In this document: positions 54,970-64,000 of the stretch, piece after piece
How positions within the stretch are numbered: the first letter of the stretch is position 1
Layout: each line of letters opens with the position of its first letter
Source of the DNA: a virus
Strand: one strand, 5' to 3'
Virus record (IMG/VR): IMGVR_UViG_3300044729_002487
Location: 1-64,000 of that record
DNA: 64,000 bases
The notes under the pieces: generated by a model
The model's input: the letters and a program-made list of their open reading frames with translations, nothing else
The model's database searches: none
What the model was told of the DNA's origin: nothing
Program-made: the position numbers and the translations under genes

Positions 54970-57666
54970 ATGGCTAAAAGTAATAAAACTCCTGGCATCA
55001 GCAAAGCACAACAAGAAGCTGCTCAAGCAGTTGCAGAATCATATGAACAAGGGCTTATTACTTTATCGCAATATGATAAGATATTAGATAAGATATTAGA
55101 TAAAACATTAGCTACTAAAGATGCGATAATAGAACAGTTGGTTAAACAAGAAGAACTACGTTCAGTTGTACAAGGTCGTGAAAAATTAGAAGAACGCAGT
55201 AAAACTTTAGCAGAAAAACGAAAAACTCTTGACGAAGATATTACAGACCATGCTCGCGACTTAAATGAAATGCAAGCAGATTTATTCAAATCTAGTACTG
55301 GTTTATTTCGATTAACCGGTGATCAACTCGATGCTCAAAAAAAATTAGTTGCGGATAAAATCACAGAATTACAATTATTAAAACAAAGCGTCGACGGTCG
55401 TACATCGCAAGGTAAACTAATTCGAACTGAATTAGATATGGCTAATGAGTTGATGACTGCTTTAGAAAATCAGGAACGTATACTAGGAACTGATCAGCAT
55501 GCAAAAATGGTTGGTGCATTTAATGATGCATCTGAAAAAGCAAAAGAATTGGGTGGCGCTGTAGATACGATGTTTGATTCATTGCCTGCTGGCGGATTCA
55601 TCGCTGCGTCATTAGGATTAGATGATGCATCAGATAAATTGCAAAATGGAGTAAATGTCGGATTCCAAGCAATGAATGCTCATCTTGTTCAAGGCGGTAC
55701 ATTAGCCGGAGGTTTAACTGCGGCAATGCGTGCATTTAATTCAGTTGTAATGATGAATCCGTTATTATTAGTAGTAGCGGCTGGTACGGCATTATTTGGT
55801 GTATTGTCAGAAATAGAAGGAGCTGCTCAAGACTTCAATAAATCAACCGGTTTAGATATTGCACAATCAAAGCAGTTAGTTAAAGAAACAAGAACTCGTG
55901 CAATGGACAGTAAAAATCTATTAGCAAATACAGAAGATGTATTAGCTATACAGCAAGAGTTAATTAAAGAAATGGGTACCGCCGGTAAATTATCGACTGA
56001 GACTGCAACCCAAGTAGCAGAAACTGCTAAAGCATATGGTATCACATCGGATGTAGCTGCAAAAGGTATTGAAGCATTTGAAAGGCAAGGAGCTTCGGCT
56101 GAAGAAGCTGCGAAGATACAAGAATCATTAGCGGCAAAAACATTTAAGTCAGGAATATCAACTGGTCAGGTAATGGAAGACATCGCCGCTAATTCAGAAG
56201 ACGCCATGAAGTATATCGGCGGCGGAGCAGAAGAATTAGCCGATGCAGCGTTTGAAGCAGCAAAGATGGGAATGAACTTGAAGCAAATGACAAACATTGC
56301 CGATGGTCTATTAGATATTGAAAAGTCATTAAATGCTCAGTTTGAATTCCAAGCTTTGAGCGGAAAACAAATAAATTTAGATAAAGCACGTGAATTAGCA
56401 CTTGAAGGTGATTTAGTAGGTGCAAGTAAAGAGGTAATGAAGAACGTTGGTTCGTTAGCTGAATTTAATGAAATGAACCGATTTGAAAAAGAAAAATTAG
56501 CCGAAGCCACTGGTATGGAATTAGGCGAGTTACAGAAGACGTTAACGTTACAAGAAAAACTCGGAGACTTATCTGAAGAACAAGCTGCGGCTGCTCAGTC
56601 ATTAGGATTGTCGGCGGAGCAACTAGCTGATATGAGTCCAGAACAAATAAAAGCAAAAATGCAAGAAGCTCAGGCAGCTGAACAAATGAAAAAGTCGATG
56701 GATGATTTGATGATGAAATTAAAATCGGCATTTTTACCAGTCGCAGAAGCAATTGGTAGTGTGTTTACTGCACTTGCACCTGTAATTAGTTTCATCGGCG
56801 AAGGATTTTCTGCAATAGGTAAGATATTAGGTTATGTACTAGCACCTGTAAAAGCAATATTCGAAGGAATATCAGGCGTATTTAATATGTTAGGTCCAAT
56901 TGGTACACTTGTTAAAGTTATTGGAGCTGGATTGTTATTATGGTGGTTATATAAAAAATGGATGGCTAGACAAGACGCATCCGCCAAAGCTGACATGATG
57001 CAAAAAACCATTATGCAAGCACAATATAATGCTGCGTTGAAACAAGAAGAACGCGTTACCGATGAAATAAAAGATGACATTGATTCCACATTGCGAGATG
57101 AAAGAAAGCGTGAAAGACAAATAAAAGACCAGACGAGAGCATTAAAATCACAAGGCGACCAAATACAGAAAAATGCAAAAGCCGCAGCAGATACTGGACC
57201 AAAGCGTAGAGGTTTAGGTGGTATGTTCGGTGGCGGAGGCGGCGGTATGATGGGCGGTATGGGCGGTATGGCAATGGGCGGCGGAATATTAGCATTGGCT
57301 GGAGCTGGTATGGCAATGAGTGGTGGAATGAATATGGACCAATTCAAATCATCCGGACCAGTCGTAGGCGTTGGTGATTTAGCAATTGATCCGAATGGAG
57401 GTCCAGTAGTCGCATCTCCAAAAGAGGGTGGTATATATCAAGGTACTAAAAATGATGGCGTATCAATGTCACCATCGCATGGCAAGACTGGTAAAGGCGG
57501 TGAATCCGGAGGCGGAGGTAACAGCGGCGGCGGTATTGATTATGAAAAGCTAGGTGCAGCAGTTGCGGCGGCAATTGCATCTAATCCACCTCAAGTGAAT
57601 ATGGATGGTCACCAATTAAGTAAACAAGTATCAGCAACTCAATCAAGAGATAAAGGAATACGATAA
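54970..57666 (+). CDS. tape measure protein
   Basis: Long Ala/Gly-rich helical ORF with hydrophobic segments, LLDIEKSL.AQFE..LSGKQINLDKARELAL; follows the chaperone genes. Confidence 0.8.
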   Translation: MAKSNKTPGISKAQQEAAQAVAESYEQGLITLSQYDKILDKILDKTLATKDAIIEQLVKQEELRSVVQGREKLEERSKTLAEKRKTLDEDITDHARDLNEMQADLFKSSTGLFRLTGDQLDAQKKLVADKITELQLLKQSVDGRTSQGKLIRTELDMANELMTALENQERILGTDQHAKMVGAFNDASEKAKELGGAVDTMFDSLPAGGFIAASLGLDDASDKLQNGVNVGFQAMNAHLVQGGTLAGGLTAAMRAFNSVVMMNPLLLVVAAGTALFGVLSEIEGAAQDFNKSTGLDIAQSKQLVKETRTRAMDSKNLLANTEDVLAIQQELIKEMGTAGKLSTETATQVAETAKAYGITSDVAAKGIEAFERQGASAEEAAKIQESLAAKTFKSGISTGQVMEDIAANSEDAMKYIGGGAEELADAAFEAAKMGMNLKQMTNIADGLLDIEKSLNAQFEFQALSGKQINLDKARELALEGDLVGASKEVMKNVGSLAEFNEMNRFEKEKLAEATGMELGELQKTLTLQEKLGDLSEEQAAAAQSLGLSAEQLADMSPEQIKAKMQEAQAAEQMKKSMDDLMMKLKSAFLPVAEAIGSVFTALAPVISFIGEGFSAIGKILGYVLAPVKAIFEGISGVFNMLGPIGTLVKVIGAGLLLWWLYKKWMARQDASAKADMMQKTIMQAQYNAALKQEERVTDEIKDDIDSTLRDERKRERQIKDQTRALKSQGDQIQKNAKAAADTGPKRRGLGGMFGGGGGGMMGGMGGMAMGGGILALAGAGMAMSGGMNMDQFKSSGPVVGVGDLAIDPNGGPVVASPKEGGIYQGTKNDGVSMSPSHGKTGKGGESGGGGNSGGGIDYEKLGAAVAAAIASNPPQVNMDGHQLSKQVSATQSRDKGIR

Positions 57667-60401
57667 TGGCATTGATAGATCTTAAATCAAATTTGTCTTG
57701 GTATAGTTCAAACGGTAAGCCTCCTGGATACCGTCCAAATCCGGACAGGAGTACAACGAACTATGTTAATAACGATGATTTAACTGTTAGTGCAACACCT
57801 CGAGGATTTGATAATAATGGTTCTGCCATTACATTTACTCCTCGTACTTCAGCAAACGAATTTTTAATAGATAATAATAGTACTAGCTTCCGTGGCAATG
57901 CTTCGCGTTTAGCTCAGTTAGGTAATGGTTCAAAATTTCCATTAGGTCCTCAAGGCCAAGTATTTGAATTTGATAGACCGCGTACAGGGTTTAATGTAAA
58001 AACAAAGTATAGCGAGACATTTAGTGCATTGTCAAATGCTGGATTGGCAGATACGTATGTATTACGAAAGCCAATTGATGCAATGTATAATAAATTTAAA
58101 GTGCGAGATCAAGTATATAATCCATACGGCGATCCAGCGCCACCATTTATTTTACGAGGTATACAGAAAGATGATAGCATAGATCCGGAACGATATGGAC
58201 CAGCCGGATTTTCGCCTGATACACCTCGAGGTGGACCAATCACTGCTGCATTGCGAGCTGAATTAGATGTTGAACGTATTCGTAAGTTTATGGCTCGGCC
58301 GGCCGGACAATGGTTTATAGCTAAACAAAATCAGTTGCATTTAATGTATCCTAATAGGGAAGGTGTTGATGGTAGACCTCAATCGCCTGCATATAATGCT
58401 AACTCACCAAAGGTATTCGATGTACAGAACTTAATTAATCAAGTTGGTAAAGTATGGAAAGGCGAACATGATCGTAAACATGGTCAGTTTCCATATGATA
58501 CTCCTGGGTTCTTGCCATTTCCTCCTTCACCGCCATCTAATTACGAGGATATTCATAAAGAACGTAATATAGGTCTAACACAGTCAGGTAGACGTGTATC
58601 GCCTACATTAAATAACCGTTTGGTAATTTTGCGTCGCGAATCAATGTGGGATTCAAAAACCGGTTGGATTGAAGGTACTGGATTAGGACAAGGATTTGGA
58701 AACTTATCGGATAAATTAGGACCAAATTCAATAACATTTGATGGACAGGTTAAAGATACGATTGTTCGTCGATGGGTATCTACAATACCAAATGCAACAG
58801 CTGAAATTCCTATAGGTGGTCAGTACGGTGTTGGAATAACAGCGAAATTTTCTAGCTATCGTGCAAATTTATATTCATATCTATTTCCATATTATTCTCG
58901 TACTATAACATTAAATACATTCGGTATTCGATTTAGGGCAGAAGGTAAAAATACAGATTTAGAAGGACCATACAAAGGAAGAGATTCGTTAGAGCGTCGA
59001 TATACAAAATTATTATCTGATAGCAATCGTAAATGGAATGCTCATGAAAATGATCGTGACTTTATCGCTCAACCATATGATGGCGATAGAAGAGTTCGTC
59101 CGGATGATATTATCGATCCTCAATCATATTCATTGATACAAAAAGGTAATGATTTAAGATTAAATGCTGGCCCTGGTCGTGACAAAATTGTTGATTTCAG
59201 AGCCGGTCGTTTAAGTAAATCAAATGAAATAAAAGAAGATCCGTATACAGCATTTAGATTTGAATCGGATACTGCTCATAACCCTGGTACTGTTGAACGT
59301 AATGAAAGTATGCTTCGATTATTACGTGAGGATATTAAAACAGGTGATACAGCACCAGATGGTGTACGTGGTAAATTTAATGGTAGAGGAATTACTCATA
59401 GAGCTATAAACGATGGCCCAAATGATGCATCAAAAGTGCAAGAACGAGATCCGATTACCGGTAAATGGAAAACACCAACAGAAGCTCAGTCAAGTCGTAC
59501 GTCAGAAGATGAATACATTGCACTAGGACAGGCAGCCAGAGATCGAAGAGAGAATGCTAATACTGTTTTAGATTTCCGCGAAGATCCTACAAATAAGGGT
59601 GAACGATATAATGCATATATAGGAATCAATACTGGAGATGAAGGTACTACAGATACATCATATCAACGTATTAAAGGTAAAGATTTTGACGGATTTAGAG
59701 ATCCTCAAAAAACAGTACCAGATAGAAATCCAGCAACAGCTGAACCGCCATCCGAAGGAAATATCTCATTGCAAAAATATAAAACAATGAGATATGATCA
59801 AATTCGTAGCACAGCTGGATCTAGACAATTAAATTATAAAAATCCACAGATAGTGGATTTCCGTAAGGCCGGAGCGAAATTAGAAGCGAAATTAGCAAGA
59901 TATAATGAACAAGTAAATACATCAGAACTAGTTCCATTTAAAATTGGTAGTTTATCTTTTAAAGCATATATAACATCTATCTCGGATAATTTCTCTGCCG
60001 GATTAAATGGAGAGTCAGATCAGAACAGAGCAGATCCTAGATATTTATATACAAGCTTTGAAAGGTCTGTTAGTATTTCATTTATAATTGCATATGAAAA
60101 ATCTAATGAATCGCCATGGGAAAAGATACGACAGTTAGCGCAATATTCATTACCTGGGTATGGTGGAGGACCATGGGCACAAGCTGTTAATGTTACAATT
60201 GGTAAATTATATCGAAATATACCAATGACGATGGAATCTATCAGCTATGATTGGGATAATGAAACACCGTGGTCATTAAAAGATGATCAGGCAAATATTG
60301 AAGATGGATTACCGATGTATACAAATGTTGATATACAGTTTAAATATCTTGGTAATGTTAAACCTGCAAAAGGTAAAGGTTATGTATTGTATGGTAAATA
60401 A
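57666..60401 (+). CDS. baseplate/tail tube initiator-like protein with long N-terminal extension
   Basis: C-terminal tube-like domain FKAYITSISDNF..RADPRYLYTSFERSVSISF..VTIGKLY..SISYDWD..PW. Confidence 0.55.
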   Translation: MALIDLKSNLSWYSSNGKPPGYRPNPDRSTTNYVNNDDLTVSATPRGFDNNGSAITFTPRTSANEFLIDNNSTSFRGNASRLAQLGNGSKFPLGPQGQVFEFDRPRTGFNVKTKYSETFSALSNAGLADTYVLRKPIDAMYNKFKVRDQVYNPYGDPAPPFILRGIQKDDSIDPERYGPAGFSPDTPRGGPITAALRAELDVERIRKFMARPAGQWFIAKQNQLHLMYPNREGVDGRPQSPAYNANSPKVFDVQNLINQVGKVWKGEHDRKHGQFPYDTPGFLPFPPSPPSNYEDIHKERNIGLTQSGRRVSPTLNNRLVILRRESMWDSKTGWIEGTGLGQGFGNLSDKLGPNSITFDGQVKDTIVRRWVSTIPNATAEIPIGGQYGVGITAKFSSYRANLYSYLFPYYSRTITLNTFGIRFRAEGKNTDLEGPYKGRDSLERRYTKLLSDSNRKWNAHENDRDFIAQPYDGDRRVRPDDIIDPQSYSLIQKGNDLRLNAGPGRDKIVDFRAGRLSKSNEIKEDPYTAFRFESDTAHNPGTVERNESMLRLLREDIKTGDTAPDGVRGKFNGRGITHRAINDGPNDASKVQERDPITGKWKTPTEAQSSRTSEDEYIALGQAARDRRENANTVLDFREDPTNKGERYNAYIGINTGDEGTTDTSYQRIKGKDFDGFRDPQKTVPDRNPATAEPPSEGNISLQKYKTMRYDQIRSTAGSRQLNYKNPQIVDFRKAGAKLEAKLARYNEQVNTSELVPFKIGSLSFKAYITSISDNFSAGLNGESDQNRADPRYLYTSFERSVSISFIIAYEKSNESPWEKIRQLAQYSLPGYGGGPWAQAVNVTIGKLYRNIPMTMESISYDWDNETPWSLKDDQANIEDGLPMYTNVDIQFKYLGNVKPAKGKGYVLYGK

Positions 60402-60409
60402 GGAGTGAT

Positions 60410-60709
60410 ATGGCAGTAATGAATAGATATTTATTTTCGACAAAAACGGCAAATGGTCGGTTTGAAACTGTACGTATGCCTAAACCATCTGTTGAACCAG
60501 AGGACAAATATATAATTACTCGCGAAGGTGACCGTTTTGATTTATTAGCACAGGAGTTTTATCAAGATGTTGCGTTATGGTGGTTCATTGCAGTTGCAAA
60601 TGATATTAGACCTGCATCGATGATAGTTCCGGTAGGTATACAATTACGTATACCAGCTAACTTAGATTATTTAGGAAGACAGTTAGAAAAAGCAGAAAAG
60701 GATAAATAA
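60410..60709 (+). CDS. LysM-like baseplate protein (gp53 / P2 gpX-like)
   Basis: YIITREGDRFDLLAQEFYQDVALWWFIAVAN..G.QLRIP. Confidence 0.85.
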   Translation: MAVMNRYLFSTKTANGRFETVRMPKPSVEPEDKYIITREGDRFDLLAQEFYQDVALWWFIAVANDIRPASMIVPVGIQLRIPANLDYLGRQLEKAEKDK

Positions 60710-60710
60710 A

Positions 60711-62507
60711 ATGCCAAGTAACATTTTCAATAGAGGCCCGGCTCCGCAGCCACCTGGAGGAAGTGGTGGTGTTGGATATTCATTGCGTTCAAATGGTTAT
60801 GCATCGGTTGGATTTGCTGGAGGCGGTCCTGATAGTCCATTAGTTGCAATGGGAGGCGGAAAAGGTCGACCGGTAGCGACATTGAAATCGGTTAAAGTGA
60901 CATTGGAAGGTGAGGCTGGTTCATTACGCCGCGGTGAATTTGTCGTGGTTGTATATAACGCATCTGAATTAGAAACAGTATTAACCGGTATTGGAAAGAT
61001 CGGATGTTCTGTTACATATACAATAGGACGTTCAGGCCCAGGAGCAGGCGCTGGTAATTCTTGGACATTAGTTAACTATAAAAACTCATTTCAAAGTGAT
61101 AAAGATGGCCGATATACAATAACTGTACAATCAGTTGGTAAAGGTAATGAAATACTTAAGAAAGATGGTATTGCATTACCAAATGGCGGTAAAGGTCGTA
61201 AATTTAAAAAGTTTGCATCATTCTTTGGTTTTCCGTTTATTGAAGAAGTTGGAATAACTAGTTTGATAGATTGGATGTTATGGGAGGCATTAGATGGAAC
61301 GATAGCCGGATTTCCATTATTACTATCACCGGATTCTGGAACAGGAGATGGGTCAAATTATGTACAATTCATAGCACCTACAGGAGTTGCTGCTTCAATG
61401 GCTCCCGAATCTAAGGTCGGTGTCGGTGCTAATCGATTAGTATACTTTTCATTAAAATTTATTATTGATAATATTAATAAAGGATTGCCAGCTGGTGCTA
61501 AACCAATTAAATTAGATGCACAAACTGAAACACAGATTGGAGGTGTACATTTAATATCAGGCGACCCATTGAACGTATTAATAAAAAATGATCCGCATAC
61601 AGATTATCCAGCTGGTACTCCTCCTACAGCAACTCAGGTAATTAGTGATTTAATTGCTTCGTTGTTAGGAGTGCCAAGTGGTATTTTTACATCTGCTGCG
61701 CAAATGGCACCAGTACAAGGCGGCGGCGCGGATTGTGGTAACATATACATATCATATGCAGCATTAAAATCTATTGAAACGTCATTAGGTGGTGGACAAA
61801 AATCGGCGGCCCAAAAACGTCAAGAAGCATTAGAAGATAACGTTGCAACTAAAATGACATTGGAAGGATTTTTATCGTCTATTTTTGGAATAATTTCAGA
61901 AGCTACCGGCGGTTGGATTGAATTAGATTTTGTACAAGATCCGGCAGCCTGGGTTGCTGGTGAGCGAGATGCTCAAATTGTCATTATCAATAAAAAGGAT
62001 AAACTCAATCCTGCTAGCGAAGCTGTATATGATGATGTATCAGGTGAGGGTGGTGTACGTGAAGCAACTATTAATGGAGACGTTCCGGAAGGATGGCAGG
62101 CAGAGGCATTTGGTCAGGCCGGCGTATCATCCGGATGTGATGTTAAAGTAGAAAAAACTAAAACAGAAAAACCAGACTTTTTAGCATTGAAATCTGATTT
62201 AGCTAATATGGGATATGATGCTTCTCAAGCCGGCGGTTTAAAAGCGGCATTAAGAAAAACGTTGTCAGATATTGATAATGCAGAAGCAGCGAATAAAACA
62301 AATAGACCATATCCAATTGGAGTGGCTGTGACATTGAATGGTGTACATGGAATTGAGTTTGGTCATAACTTCACCATTTCATCATTATCACCTACTAGAT
62401 GGGGAGCCTCACCAAAAACGACGTTTATGGTTACACGAGTCGAACATACCGTCGAAGGACAAGATTGGGTAACAGTATTAACATCAACAGCTAAACTAAC
62501 AACATAA
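60711..62507 (+). CDS. baseplate hub protein (gp27 / P2 gpD-like)
   Basis: Follows the LysM gene; C-terminal VTLNGVHGIEFG..FMVTRVEHTV...WVT. Confidence 0.6.
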   Translation: MPSNIFNRGPAPQPPGGSGGVGYSLRSNGYASVGFAGGGPDSPLVAMGGGKGRPVATLKSVKVTLEGEAGSLRRGEFVVVVYNASELETVLTGIGKIGCSVTYTIGRSGPGAGAGNSWTLVNYKNSFQSDKDGRYTITVQSVGKGNEILKKDGIALPNGGKGRKFKKFASFFGFPFIEEVGITSLIDWMLWEALDGTIAGFPLLLSPDSGTGDGSNYVQFIAPTGVAASMAPESKVGVGANRLVYFSLKFIIDNINKGLPAGAKPIKLDAQTETQIGGVHLISGDPLNVLIKNDPHTDYPAGTPPTATQVISDLIASLLGVPSGIFTSAAQMAPVQGGGADCGNIYISYAALKSIETSLGGGQKSAAQKRQEALEDNVATKMTLEGFLSSIFGIISEATGGWIELDFVQDPAAWVAGERDAQIVIINKKDKLNPASEAVYDDVSGEGGVREATINGDVPEGWQAEAFGQAGVSSGCDVKVEKTKTEKPDFLALKSDLANMGYDASQAGGLKAALRKTLSDIDNAEAANKTNRPYPIGVAVTLNGVHGIEFGHNFTISSLSPTRWGASPKTTFMVTRVEHTVEGQDWVTVLTSTAKLTT

Positions 62508-62508
62508 T

Positions 62509-63249
62509 ATGAAATCATTTAAAAAGCCAATATACGTTGATCAGGATGAAATACAAATTGGAATTACCTTAGGCGGTGAATTCATGTATGGTGATACATT
62601 ACAAGAATACTTCGGTGAGATTCATGTGTACCCAAACGGTGCGGTTTATTCTGATGCAGAATATAATGTGAAAACAAGTAGACAATTATTGCCATTGATA
62701 AAGCCGTTACAGAATCCTATATGCCAGACGTACCTGCAATTGAAAAAAATATTAATGAATCGTCATACACCACCGACTCAATATTTTGTTACATTATCAG
62801 CTGAGAATTATAAAATTGGTAAATTTTTAAGATTCTTTATTCAGAAAATAAATGAACGTGAAAAAATATATGAAGTAGATGAAGAAACTTTTAAAGCGTA
62901 TAATCGATCTAATCAACCTGGTCCTAATGCATTTTTATACAGACGTGACATTATTCAATGGCAATTAACTGGTGATATTGATCTTATCTATAAATTGAAT
63001 TCTCAAGCAATTCAAACCGCTGAAAAAACATTACCGGGTATCGGAACATACTTGTTAACTGATGCTACTGAATTTGCTAAAATACCATATACCGGTCCGC
63101 GTAATAATTTGTTTACTGCTGGCGGTTTATTAAAAAATGCCGATGGAATGACATTTGTAGGTGCATATCATGTCCGTGACGATGGCAATACATATGAAGG
63201 TGCGGTTCAAATTAGTGGAGTAAATCGTCAATTATTTCCTGTAGAATAA
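62509..63249 (+). CDS. hypothetical protein
   Basis: Terminal duplicated motif (TLGGEF..Y.G.IHV and TAGGLL..F.GAYHV); RFFIQKIN. Confidence 0.45.
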   Translation: MKSFKKPIYVDQDEIQIGITLGGEFMYGDTLQEYFGEIHVYPNGAVYSDAEYNVKTSRQLLPLIKPLQNPICQTYLQLKKILMNRHTPPTQYFVTLSAENYKIGKFLRFFIQKINEREKIYEVDEETFKAYNRSNQPGPNAFLYRRDIIQWQLTGDIDLIYKLNSQAIQTAEKTLPGIGTYLLTDATEFAKIPYTGPRNNLFTAGGLLKNADGMTFVGAYHVRDDGNTYEGAVQISGVNRQLFPVE

Positions 63250-63282
63250 TTTGGTACTCTGAAAAAAAGTTATTATATTTAT
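63250..63282 (+). promoter_or_regulatory. Bacteroidota sigma-A-like promoter of polA-like gene
   Basis: TTTG(63250-53)-N20-TATATTTA(63274-81). Confidence 0.65.
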
Positions 63283-63285
63283 GTA

Positions 63286-64000
63286 ATGGTTATAGTAGAG
63301 AATAGTACGGATCTTAAATATCTGCAAAATTGTATAAAAGAGCATGATAGTTTCTGGATTCCTGTCTATTCAGATGTATATAAACATTATACGGCTAATC
63401 AATTAAGTTTCATTTATATCTATTGTATACATCATGATGAGGATTACATTTTACCTCTCCGTCATTACGATTGTTTGAGCCTCAATACCGAACATGTACA
63501 ACAGCTTACAAGTCAGGCTGATATCTTTGTATTAGCCAAGAAACGGTTTAAAAAGTTCTATTCCGGAAAATGTTATGATGCTGATATGGTTGCATGGTGG
63601 CAAACCCATTCAATGCTACCTTTAAATGATACAAATACCATGGCTCATGATGTATGGAATCGGTGGTGGCATAATGAAACTAATATAAATGATTGGTTAC
63701 CAATTACAAGACATATTGAACGATGTCGTGCAATGCGAGATGAGTTTATGCGGTCGTATCATACATTTGAAATCAGCGAGGCCTTTAAATCATATGAGGC
63801 AATGACGATTGATAATTTTTTTGCAATTGAACAGAATGGATTGCGAGTTGATAAAACAATGTTTACAGAAAAATTTCAAACCAATGGTATCAATGATAAT
63901 AAAGTTTTTACAGAGTATAATTTGTATACTACAACGGGACGACCTTCTAACAAGTTTGGCGGTGTTAATTACGCGGCTTTAAACAAAGAGGATGAATCGC
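63286..64000 (+). CDS. polA: family A DNA polymerase-like protein, 3'-truncated by the window (not in ORF track)
   Basis: Open frame from ATG 63286 (MVIVENSTDL..) to the window end, with IEQNGLRVD and YNLYTTTGRPSNKFGGVNYAALNK, matching PolA E.nG..vD and T.TGR.S...N motifs. Confidence 0.8.
   Translation, partial: MVIVENSTDLKYLQNCIKEHDSFWIPVYSDVYKHYTANQLSFIYIYCIHHDEDYILPLRHYDCLSLNTEHVQQLTSQADIFVLAKKRFKKFYSGKCYDADMVAWWQTHSMLPLNDTNTMAHDVWNRWWHNETNINDWLPITRHIERCRAMRDEFMRSYHTFEISEAFKSYEAMTIDNFFAIEQNGLRVDKTMFTEKFQTNGINDNKVFTEYNLYTTTGRPSNKFGGVNYAALNKEDES

Noticed and set aside
1536-62151. Many short minus-strand and nested alternative-frame ORFs in the track
   Set aside because: They lie within or largely overlap long + strand genes, lack motifs and read as shadow frames
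1-64000. Stop codon reassignment, as in some large phages
   Set aside because: Genes are full length in code 11, and TAA, TAG and TGA all end genes at sensible boundaries

Overview
AT-rich, gene-dense segment of a large T4-like (contractile-tailed) phage; every credible gene is on the + strand and reads in genetic code 11. It holds most of the virion module: baseplate, terminase, portal, prohead protease, scaffold, major capsid, fibres/adhesins, neck, sheath, tube, tape measure and hub. It also has a small replication/recombination island (T7-type endonuclease I, primase, SbcD-SbcC fusion), a ribosomal protein bS21 gene and the 5' part of a family A DNA polymerase. Promoter shape, the bS21 C-terminus and a Gln+1 signal peptide point to a Bacteroidota host (inference). 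The most interesting signal is regulatory. (i) There are two promoter classes: host-like TTTG-N20-TANNTTTA and a phage-late-like ATATTTAT motif (about 20 copies). (ii) Most structural genes carry AAGGA/GGAG Shine-Dalgarno (SD) sites, while genes behind host-like promoters, including bS21, have none, suggesting a bS21-linked translation switch. (iii) Anti-SD hairpins straddle several late promoters. (iv) Structured leaders precede the scaffold and a fibre gene. (v) There is a probable +1/-2 frameshift in the tail chaperone. (vi) Several probable capsid-internal proteins share leader peptides, including a 939-aa multi-enzyme polyprotein. All product calls come from motif recognition by eye; no database search was run.
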